In this document: piece after piece, positions 13,560-23,279 of the stretch | Numbering within the stretch: position 1 is the stretch's first letter | How the letters are laid out: each line of letters opens with the position of its first letter | NCBI RefSeq assembly: GCF_018350175.1 | Contig: NC_058383.1 | Span: forward strand, 25,422,001 to 25,486,000 | Direction of reading: 5' to 3' | Length of the DNA: 64,000 nt | Origin: Felis catus | Lineage: Eukaryota | Translations under genes and position numbers: made by a program | The notes under the pieces: model-generated | What the model was told of the DNA's origin: nothing | The model's database searches: none | What the model saw: the letters and a program-made list of their open reading frames with translations, nothing else

Positions 13560-14033
13560 TTTTATTTTTTAAAATTGTTTTTAATGCTTATTTATTTTTT
13601 TTAATTTTTTTAACTTTTTTTTATTTATTTTTGGGACAGAGAGAGACAAAGCATGAACAGGGGAGGGGCAGAGAGAGAGGGAAACACAGAATCGAAAGCA
13701 GGCTCCAGGCTCTGAGCCATCAGCCCAGAGCCCGACGCGGGGCTCGAACTCACGAACCGCGAGATCGTGACCTGAGCTGAAGTCGGATGCTTAACCGACT
13801 GAGCCACCCAGGCGCCCCAATGCTTATTTATTTTTGAGAGAGACAGAGAGAGACACACACACAGAGTGTGAGCGGGGGAGGGGCAGAGAGACAGGGAGAA
13901 ACAGAATCCAAAGCAGGCTCCAGGCTCTAAGCTGTCAGCACAGAGCCTGGAGCAGGGCTAAAACTCAGGAAACATGAGCTCATGACCTGAGCCGAAGTCA
14001 GACGCTTAACCAAGTCAGCCACCCAGGCACCCC
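13560..14033 (-). mobile_element. Can-SINE (outer) in gag
   Basis: TSD AGTTACCCTTTA at 13548-13559 and 14038-14049. Confidence 0.92.
13600..13818 (-). mobile_element. Young SINEC_Fc nested in the tail of the outer SINE
   Basis: CpG-rich body; perfect 17-bp TSD AATGCTTATTTATTTTT at 13583-13599 and 13819-13835. Confidence 0.95.
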
Positions 14034-15478
14034 AAACAGTTACCCTTTAAAATAAAACCACCTGAGGTTACAGGCAATCCTCCTCATATATCTTTTATCC
14101 TCTGGTCAAAGACCAAACTAAGAGCCACAGTTAAAGAATTTCCTAGGCCCAGGGAGGATCCCTAAAACTTTTCTAAAGAGTTTAGAATCCTTATCAGGGC
14201 CTATGATCCCAGGCTGCTAGCTCTTCATCAGCTTGTGCACATGCTGGTAGGATCTAGTAAGACCCAAAAAGGGATGCAAGAAGCAGAACGGCATAATCCC
14301 AATGATGATATTCAAGACTCTCGATCTCCAACAAGGTCCTCTAATGGACCAGAAAACAATCTTGCTATATAGCAACTAATCTGTTAAAAGCCATTCCTAG
14401 AGTCTTTTCTGCCCACACTGTTTGTTCTATTATTCAGGCAAACAAAAGAAAGATGAATCTGTGCAGACCTTAAAACCCATTTGGAAGCTCTCTTCCTACA
14501 CCATTCCAGATTCCATACAATAAATGCTCTAGCTTCTCTAACTGTAAATGGATAATCTCCTGAGATTAATGGGTTAATAAAAAAAGGCAGAAAATGGAAT
14601 GGGAAACCGCTGATCTAACTCGAACTCTTGACCACAGCTGAGCAATCGGAAAGGACTTTGGAACAAGATCAATAAACAAAGATCTGCCAAACTATTGGCT
14701 TTACAGCTACAATAGCTCCAAGGCCAGAGACATGAAATAACACCTGATCATTTCCCATTTCACCTTGCTAGGGGTCCATCACTAAATGCTGGGCTAAGGA
14801 TTGACATCTCATTTCTAATCAACTGGGGCACTGGAAAAAAACTGTCCTCATAGGTCCCACAGAAATTCTTTACTACCAACTTGAATGTACCCCAAGGGAG
14901 AGCCCACAAAGGAGCCTCTATCAGAAATTATGGGGCTCCCTGGGACCCTCTGGTAAACTGCTACCAATAATAACCTTGAACAGCCAAGAAGAAACTAAAA
15001 TTAAAATTAATGAGAAATCTTGCCAAATTCTGATAGATACCAGAGCCACACTTACTATTTTGAATCCTGCTCTCATAGGACAACAAATCTCTCAGAGTGA
15101 AAAAGTAAAACAAAAAGTCTCCATAGTGGGGGTATCTAATAAAGTTCAAACAATATGCCTATGCTAACTAGTACAAATGACTTTGGGACCTTTTACTGAA
15201 AAACATTCTTTTTTTGCTATGTGATATAGCCTTGGTCAATCTATGAGGTAGAGATCTCCTTTCTAAATTAAAAGGGCTAATTTGCTTTCCTTCCAGGGGA
15301 GACCTCACCTTAAAATTTCCTGACAACCTGAACCTGACCTTTGATGTTCTTTACAATCTGTCCTTGATATAGAAGAGGAATAATTCCAACAAAAATTCCC
15401 TGATGTAACTGAGGTGCTTAAAAATCTGCAGGTTCCTTTCTAATACTGATCTTGGGAGAATAAAAAGTACAGGGCCTA

Positions 15479-15609
15479 GAGGCACCTGAGTGGCTCAGTC
15501 AGTTAAGTGTCTGACTCTTGATTTTGGCTCAGGTCATGATCTCTCATGGTTCATGAGTTTGAGATCTGAGTCGGGCTCTGCGCTGACAGTGCAGAGCCTG
15601 CTTGGGATT

Positions 15610-15668
<59 letters not shown>

Positions 15669-15744
15669 CACCCCCCCACTCATATGTGAGCACAAGCGCA
15701 CGTGCGCTCTCTCTCTCTCTCAAGAATAATTTAATTTAAAAAAT
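15479..15744 (+). mobile_element. Can-SINE in pol
   Basis: TSD AGTACAGGGCCTA at 15466-15478 and 15745-15757; long (CT)n. Confidence 0.95.
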
Positions 15745-17292
15745 AGTACAGGGCCTATAAAAATTCAGACAAATATAACTAACCCTCAATACCCATTAAA
15801 GCCTCAGGCCATACAAGGCCTCACACCAGGAATAGAAGACCTAATCAAGCAGGAGCTAATCATTCCCTGTGCCAGGCCCGGTAAAACATGCAGATCTTGC
15901 TGGTCTAGAAACATAATGGGAGGGGATGGCAATTTGTCCAAGACTTGAGAGCCATTAGCAAGATAGTTGTCCCAAACCCAAATACCCTGTGGTCACAAGT
16001 TAAACCAGACTCAATGGTTTGCTGTTGTAGACCTCGGTTCAGCCTTTTGCCAGCACTCCTATAGATTTCAACAGTCAGTATCTATTTGCTTTTACTTGGA
16101 ACAATCAGCAACATACCTGGACAGTCATGCCTCAAGGGTCCACTAAGGTCCCTTCTTATTTTCCCAAGTGTGCCACCAAGATTTAAGTACCCTCCAGTTC
16201 CCCAGGAAATCCACCCTTTTACAATAGTAGACCATCTCTTGCTATGGCCAGTTACCAAGGAGGAGTCTATAAAATATTCCATTTATTTGCTGTACCAGTG
16301 AGCTGAAAAGGGACATAAAGTCTCTAAGGAAAGATTACAATTATCTCTAGATACTGTTCATTACCTAAGGCATAATCCAAGCACTGAAGGAACCCAGCTA
16401 TCTCCAAAAAGGATTAAACTAATCCAAGAATTTCCTAGGCCCACAGCTAAGTGACAGATATATGAATTTCTAGACCTAGCTGGCTACTGCAGACTATGGG
16501 TTCCTAATTTTTCCTCTATCAGCTTCCCCACTCAACGAACTTGCTAGAATTTCAGTCCATGAACCCCTTCCTTGGGAAGATAGACATAAGCAGGCTTTTA
16601 TGAGACTAAAGCCAGCAGTACAAGAACTACCTGTCCTAGGGCTACCTAGCCAAAACCTTTCACCTTGTTTGTACGTGAAAGAGATAACCAAGCCCTATGA
16701 ATGCTCACACAAGAACATGGCATTACACATCAGTCTACTACCTATATAGAGCACACAACTTGGTTGTTTGTGGCCCCAGATGCCATAAGGCAATAGCTGC
16801 AGCTGTGAAGTTAGTAGAAGTCTCAGAGGATTTAAACTTGGGAAGTGATATTTATTTACAAACTCCACAAGTTTGTTTAAAGACTTCTTCATTCTGAACT
16901 GACTCACCATTTCTCTGTAAACAGTCTAACCTCCTATGAGATTCTCTTCTCTTCACCACCTAACCTGCATTTTAAATGCTGCAACAATCTTAATGCTGCT
17001 TGGTTACTACCAAGGCCTGACAAAGCGACCCCCATGACTGAGAGGTTGTAACGTCCCATTTTGTGACATTGTGTCCTGATTTATGAGATACCCTTTGACT
17101 AAAACCCTGATCTAATTTTGTCTGTTGATGGGTTGTGCTGTAAAACTAAGAAAAGGAATTTCCAAGCTGGATACGCTGTTACTACCTAATACAAACTACT
17201 CCAGAGGGGGAGCCTCCCAGAGCTGAAACAGCCCAACAGGCAGAGCTCTGTGCCCTCTACCAGAGCAGGCCAGGTATCAAAGGGACAAATTG

Positions 17293-17506
17293 TTTTTATA
17301 TATTTTTTATTTTATTGTATGGAGAGAGTGAGAGAGAGCATGCAAGCAGGGGAGAGGGGCAGAGACAGAGACAGAGAGAATCCCAAGCAGGCTCCATACT
17401 GTCAGCACAGAGCCCAACATGGGGCTCCATCCCACAGCCCTGCGATCATGACCTGAGCTGAAATCAACAACCGGGTGCTTAACCACCTGAGCCACCCAGG
17501 CACTCC
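17293..17506 (-). mobile_element. Can-SINE in RNase H
   Basis: Ends GAGCCACCCAGGCACTCC; pol resumes at IYTDS. Confidence 0.93.
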
Positions 17507-19135
17507 AGCATTTATACTGATAGCCCATATGCCTTTGGGGTCCACTGGGACCCCAATAAAAAATGAACAACAAGTAAACAAACTTCTTACTGCCAATCTT
17601 TACTTTCTAAAATTGCTGTCATCAAAACTGAGGCTCACACTAAAAAGACTTTACCCTGAATATCAGGGAAATTCCCTAGCTGACTTTCATGCAGAGTCAG
17701 TGGCATCAGAATCTGTAAAGATTGTGGCACATGTGAATGAAATTCACTCTCTGCAAAAATTGACCTCTTGTTGCCAGACTTTTGCCATCCTGATGTCCTT
17801 GCCAACAAGGCAACAGTCTGCTCCCAAATCAGAGAAATTAAGATGGACACACAGTGGTTGTATTTTCAATAAACAGGGTTATGGGAAAATCAAGATGGTC
17901 ACTTCGTTCTTCCAGGCTCCTTGGCAAACCCCATTTTTCAGTTTTTGCATTCCTTCATGGTGCATTTAGGATGATTCAAATTATAAACATTGGTGGGGAG
18001 ACTTCTATAAAATTGCAAAAACAGTTTATCATCAATGTCTGTCTTGTCAGGTCCAAAATCCTGGAAAAACTATGTTTGTTCCAGAGGCCACAAGCCTCCT
18101 CTTTCAGGACCCTTTGAACACCTGCCACTGGACTTCATTCAACTGCCACTTAATATGGGTTATCAATATGTTCTTGTTATTGTATGTGTGTTTTCTGCAT
18201 GGATTGAAGCCTTTCCCTGCCACAAGGCTGATGCCTTTACAGTAGCAAAGAAAATGTTAGAAAATATGTTTCCCGATTGGGGTATAACTTCCATAATCTT
18301 CAGGGATTGAGGCACTGGCTTCCCTGGGCAAATCATACAAGTCTTAATGAAAGCCTGGCAATGATCACTGTCCCCATCACCCTGTTATCAGGCAAGGTTG
18401 AGAGAACTAATGGAACCCTCAAACTTAAAATCTCAAAACTTGCTGAAAACTACTGGACCCCCTTGGCTTAAGCTGTTGCCTCTGGCCTTGCTGACTATTC
18501 ACAGTTCTTGCTCTGGAAAACATAAACTTACTCCACATGAAACAGTCACCAGTAAACCGGTGTGCATCAGTATACAACTTTCTGCAGACCCCTTGTCATT
18601 CCACGTTAGTATTCCCAGCTACTCTAAATCTTTAATGTGTCATGCTAAAGCCTATCATCAACAGGTTTAAAAAAAAGCCTTCCCAGATTCTAATTCAAAG
18701 GATTCTGTTGGTCATAGTGTGGTGCCTGGTGATTGGATATTCTAGAAACAGCATCAGAGGAAAATAGCCCTTGAACCCTGTTGGAAATGATGTCATGAAG
18801 TGCCTCTGACCACTGGCACTGATGTAAAACAAGAAGGCATTGCACTCTGGGTGCACATTTCACAGCTAAAGAAAGCTACACCTGACATCTTATCCAATAT
18901 GGATACTGCAGACCTCCAAATAAAACTGAGGAGGAAAAGAAGTAGCTAACTGCTCCTGCCCAAGACTCTGGGTCAAGACTTCATACCCTAACTGAGCATG
19001 ACCTTTTTTCTTCTCTTTTTTTCCTTTACTCTTGCATTGGCCTGGAAAGATAATGCCCTCCTCCATATTCCCAAGCCCTTGCTAAGGTGGGTACTTTTTC
19101 AGGCTGCCAGGTTTGTCATCAAAGATTTCAATCTA

Positions 19136-19474
19136 GGGGTGCCTGGGTGGCTCAGTCAGTTGAGCATCCAACTCTTTTTTAAAAAAAATTATGTTTATTT
19201 TTGAGAGAGAGAGACAGAGACAGAGCATGAGCAGGGAGGGGCAGAGAGAGGAAGACACAGAATCTGAAGCAGGCTCCAGGCTCTGTCAGCATAGGGCTTG
19301 TCATGGGGCTCAAACTCATGAACCACGAGATCATGACCTCAGCTACAGTCAGACACTTAACTGACCAGCCAGGTGCCCAAGCATCTGACTCTTGATTTTG
19401 GCTCAGGTCATGATTCCAGGGTCATGGGATGGAGTGCCATGTCAGACTCTGTGTTGACATGGAGCCTGCTTGGG

Positions 19475-19528
<54 letters not shown>

Positions 19529-19620
19529 TGCCCCTCTCCCCTGCTCATGTGTACTCTCTCTCTAAAAAGAATAATAGTAATAAAAATAATAATAATTATT
19601 ATTATTATTATTATTTAAAA
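19136..19620 (+). mobile_element. Can-SINE (outer) in env SU
   Basis: TSD AAAGATTTCAATCTA (19121-19135) / AAAGATTTTGATCTA (19621-19635). Confidence 0.92.
19177..19378 (-). mobile_element. Can-SINE nested antisense in the head of the outer SINE
   Basis: TSD GAGCATCCAACTCTT (19162-19176) / AAGCATCTGACTCTT (19379-19393). Confidence 0.92.
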
Positions 19621-20459
19621 AAAGATTTTGATCTATCCATGATGTTAGAGACTCCCTAGTTCTCCCTGTGACCAATTTCTCTCCTATTCCCAGTGTCACT
19701 GTGAATCACAAGAGACACCCCCACACATACACACTTAAAAGTCTTTTACAGAGTTCAACCCTCATGACCAAAACATCCAGTGCCTTGTTTCTTCTCTTTC
19801 TTCAATTATAACTGTACATATCCAATTAGACAAAAATACCTACATACATCTTAGTACACTCACACCCCCACATTCCTATGATTATCTAGATCAGATCTGC
19901 CCCCACTCACTAAAACTCCTTGCTATCAGCACCCATCCTTTCAAGGTATTTAGAATGACCCTTCATTTTGAGATAGAAGATTTTCTTCCTGAATGCCCTG
20001 AAAACCTAACTAACCCCTGGTTTGAAAGGGTAAACACAGTAATCCCTATGAATGAATCCACTAACAGTAATACCTTAGTGGGAATTGTTTGTGCCCCAAT
20101 GGAGTTGTCTTTGTCTGTGGTGGTTATCATTCTCCTTGGGTTCATGAATGTCTAGATGGCTGGTGTACAGTCAGGCAATGTCTCTTAGGTTGCCTGTGCC
20201 CTTAACTTTCCATAAACAAAGACATCTCATTGGTTGACTCCCTTGGATTTATATCATTGAGTCAGAAAGGAATTACCACTAGGCATTCATGACTCAGGAT
20301 TCACTTCCTTTGACAGGGACATACTTCTCTAGTTAGGAGTAAACGCATGAGATTATGATCAGAAACCTCTTCCTAATTCTTGAAGATATTGCAGAATCTG
20401 TTGTTAAGACAACGGCTGCCCAACAAAGATCCTTAGACTCCCTGGCCAAAGATGTACAC

Positions 20460-20674
20460 TTTTTTTTTGAGAGAGAGAGAGAGAGAGAGCAAGTGTGAGC
20501 AGGGGAGGGGCAGAGGAGGAGGGGGGAGAGAGAAGAGACAGAGAGACAGACTATTAAGCAGGCTCCAACTCAGCACAGAGCCCAATGTGGGGCACAATCC
20601 CATGACCCTGGGGTCATGACCTGAGCTGAAATCAAGAGCCAGATGCTTAACTGACTAAACCACCAAAGTGCCCC
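20460..20674 (-). mobile_element. Can-SINE in env TM, just before the ISD
   Basis: Splits SLDSLAK from VVLDNRIALD; ends CCACCAAAGTGCCCC. Confidence 0.93.
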
Positions 20675-21255
20675 AAGTTGTTCTTGATAATAGGATAGCA
20701 CTTGATTATCTTTTAGTTGAGCAAGGAAGTGTTTGTGCTGTAGCCAACACCACCTGCTACACCTGGATTAACACTTCTGGGGAAGCTAAAACTCAGTGAC
20801 ATAAGATCACTGGGAAAGCCACTTGGATTAACAAGGTGACTCCTTCAGCAAGGTCTTTGACTTACTTGATTTTGATCGGTTTGGGTCTTGGGGACCATGG
20901 CTCCAAAGTACACTCCAAACACTGGGAATTATCCTACTTATAATAATCATAGTAGTCTCCCTGGTGCATGGTATTCTCTCAAAAGCATTAAATGCATGTT
21001 CATAGCCACTAATCACCAAGAAAATGATTTCCTTAAGACTAGAATATCATAAATGGAATGAAAACAATGACCAACTCAAACATAATGAAGCTGAGGTCCT
21101 AATATGTGAATATCACAGACATTAAGCAAAAATGTCATGACCTATGACCACACAAAGGATCAACAAAAGCTCTGAGAACTACACAGAAGTAGTGGAGACT
21201 GGTACTAATACCTTAAGTTTTGGTCACATCTCTCACTTAAGCTCAAAGTCTGATC

Positions 21256-21267
21256 AAAAGGAGGAAA
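21256..21267 (+). other. Polypurine tract
   Basis: AAAAGGAGGAAA ending 1 nt before the TG of the 3' LTR. Confidence 0.85.
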
Positions 21268-21268
21268 T

Positions 21269-21393
21269 TGTTAAAAAGGAGATAACAGGCCCAAAATGGA
21301 GTCACTTGTGCTAAACCTCACTTAATCCCTAATCTAATTGTAGTTTCAAAAGGCCAGGAATGTAATGTTTAACCAGTCAACATGGAATTACCT
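21269..21393 (+). repeat. 3' LTR, truncated after 125 bp
   Basis: Aligns to 11867-12006 with about 19 substitutions plus indels (hand count); last 26 bp identical, then switches to L1 3' UTR. Confidence 0.92.
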
Positions 21394-21634
21394 AGAGTAA
21401 TCAAATTCATAGAGACAGAAAGCGGAGATTCTCAGAGGCTGGAAGGAGGGGACAATGGGGAGTTATTATTTACAGGTACAGAGTGTCTGTCTCAAGTGAT
21501 AAAAATTTCTGGAAGTGGATAGTGGTGATAGTTGCATAACAAGGTAAATGTGCTTAATGCCACTGAACTGTACACTTGAAAATAATTAAAATGGTAACAT
21601 TTATGTCATATATATTTTACTACAATAAAAAAAA
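21394..21634 (+). mobile_element. L1 3' UTR and polyA (L1MB-like), 3' part of the same L1
   Basis: AGAGTAATCAAATTCATAGAGACAGAAAG...AATGCCACTGAACTGTACACTT...ACAATAAAAAAAA. Confidence 0.88.
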
Positions 21635-21649
21635 TCGATTGTTCAATCA

Positions 21650-22035
21650 CAAGCAGTTGAATAGATAAACAAATTGTAGTATTTTCATGCAGTGCAATGC
21701 TAGCCAGCAATATAAAGAAACCACTGATAAGCCCAACAGCATGGGTAAGTCTCAAAGACATTATGTAGTGAGAGAAGGCTCACACAAAAGGATATATACC
21801 AGATGGTTCCATTTATGTGAAGTTCCAGAACAGTCTAAATTATTCCAAAGAGAAAAATATCAGAAGGTGGTTGCTTGGAAGGGAGAAGGGTATTGATTGA
21901 AAAGAGGCTTGAGGGAATTTTCTGGGGTTAAGGAAATGTACTATATCTTGCTTTTGGTGGTTGTGTATAATAGTCAAAAATCACTTAATTGAACACTGAA
22001 GATTTTAGCATATATAAATTATACCTCAAAGAAAA
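21650..22035 (+). mobile_element. Older L1M 3' UTR fragment
   Basis: GATAAACAAATTGTAGTAT...GGTTCCATTTATGTGAAGTTCCAGAACAG...TAAATTATACCTCAAA. Confidence 0.75.
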
Positions 22036-22444
22036 AGGAAATTTCTATTGGCTAAAATTTCCTTTTAGCTGGACAATGCTAGGCTGAATATGGCAATAGT
22101 CCCAAGCTTTCTTGTCTCCATGGCTATGCACTCTCCTACCCATCTCTTTTTGATTGACATGTTCTTTATTTGGCTCTGTTAATACACTCAATCCAAGTAC
22201 ATTAACATTCTACATTCCTGATACCTATTCAGTCTTTTTAAGGTGATTTTTCACATCACCTTTCTCATTCTTTATGAAGTTATATGTCTTCCCCACAATG
22301 ACCTCTGAAAGGCAACCCTACCACAATCAAGATTAAGGATATACTTCACTACAGTCCCAATACTAGACTATGATATTATTTCCAATATAAGATCCCAGGG
22401 TTAAACAGAACAGTCCAGTATTTTAGTTTACAGTCATGTAACAT

Positions 22445-22524
22445 TATTAAATCGAACCATATTAAATTACCAACATTTCATTTATTTTTACCAAAAAAAA
22501 ATATGGCAATTACATAGGGCTCAA
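22445..22524. mobile_element. MADE2-like mariner MITE
   Basis: About 80 bp with decayed inverted arms GAACCATATTAAATTACCA / TGGCAATTACATAGGGCTC. Confidence 0.65.
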
Positions 22525-23040
22525 AAAGTAAAATTTCAAAATTAGATAATCTCACATTTTCCTCAACATAGAGTTACTATAAAGTAAATATGACTATTTC
22601 TTTTAAAATTTATTAAAAACTTATAAACAAGCACAAATGACTAAATAACTTAGAAATTATTGAAATAATGAACTGATTAATTAATTACATTAAAATCATT
22701 AAATAATTAAATAATTGGTTAAAATGATTAGTTAAGTATGAAAAATATTTTAACTAACTATAATTCACATACACACATGCTCAAGGTGGCCCGATATTTT
22801 GCTGAAGGTCATCTTGCAAACACACAGTACATTTCCAATGGCCAACAGAGTACCTGAAATATAGTAGGTGCTCAAGAAACATCTGCTAAAATGAGCAAAT
22901 GAGCATGAATTTTGGCAAATGGACTGTCTCACTCCCAAAATATATATCCCCAAAGTCTTTTGCCTATAAAAATAAGGTTCTAGATACTTTCATTGCATCT
23001 TTTCCTATGTCCATATCATATCCAAATCAACTTTCCTGCT

Positions 23041-23279
23041 TCTTTTTTTAAGTTTGTTTGTTTGTTCGTTTGTTTTGAGAGAGAGAGAGAGCACATGCAC
23101 ACACATGCTCACATGAGCAAGGGAGGGGCAGACAGACAGGGAGAGAGAGAGAATCTCAAGCAGGCATTACCCTGTCAGCACAGAGCCCAATGCAGGGCTC
23201 AGTCCCACGACCACAAGAACATGACCTGACCCGAAATCAAGAGTCAGACACTTAACCGACTGAGCCACCCAGGCATCCC
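23041..23279 (-). mobile_element. Can-SINE
   Basis: TSD CAACTTTCCTGCTT / CAGCTTTCCTGCTT. Confidence 0.93.

Larger units (their letters stand above)
13054..14930 (+). pseudogene. gag: ERV gag remnant (MA, CA, single NC zinc knuckle), interrupted by nested SINEs
   Basis: Manual translation: LELQWPLWGTFQLDKIVHLRSALE (~13206-13278); WSKTKLRATVKEFPRPREDP...FSKEFRILIRAYDP...LHQLVHMLVG (~14103-14252); QLGHWKK-CP knuckle remnant (~14820-14850); many stops and frameshifts. Confidence 0.85.
14931..18949 (+). pseudogene. pol: ERV pro-pol remnant (protease, RT, RNase H, integrase)
   Basis: PR LIDTRATL (DTG decayed to DTR, 15036-15044); RT QYPLKP, FVQDLRAI, QYLFAFTW, TWTVMPQG (ATGCCTCAAGGG 16127-16138), frameshifted Q-Y-V-D-H-LL for YVDD (~16222-16241); RNase H VDG...AGYAV...AQQAEL...IYTDS; IN GPFEHLPLDFIQLP...WIEAFPC (ORF 18035-18310), SGKVERTNGTLK, C-terminal WVHISQLKKA. 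Confidence 0.93.
18998..21125 (+). pseudogene. env: ERV env remnant (gamma-type SU/TM), interrupted by three SINEs
   Basis: Signal peptide MTFFLLFFSFTLALAWKDNALLHI; C-Q-V-C-H in the CWxCH position (~19105-19119); decayed cleavage site *VRK (stop at 20258-20260); heptad AAQQRSLDSLAK; ISD LDNRIALDYLLVEQGSVC (20683-20736); CX6CY; anchor LGIILLIIIIVVSLV. Confidence 0.92.
11867..21393 (+). mobile_element. Decayed near-full-length class I (ERV1) endogenous retrovirus provirus (LTR-gag-pro-pol-env-truncated LTR)
   Basis: Paired LTR starts (TGTTAAAAA...CCAGTCAACATGGAATTACCT) at 11867 and 21269, PBS after the 5' LTR, PPT before the 3' LTR, and colinear gag, PR, RT, RNase H, IN and env motifs broken by stops, frameshifts and SINEs. 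Confidence 0.96.

Noticed and set aside
13300..20340. APOBEC3 hypermutation of the provirus (apparent TGG to TAG near 13327, 18743 and 20330)
   Set aside because: Only a few cases, many Trp codons are intact, and overall decay is high; it cannot be separated from neutral transitions without a family consensus.
18998..21125. env as a functional syncytin-like gene
   Set aside because: Multiple stops and frameshifts, a lost cleavage-site arginine, CX6CC changed to CX6CY, and three SINE insertions.
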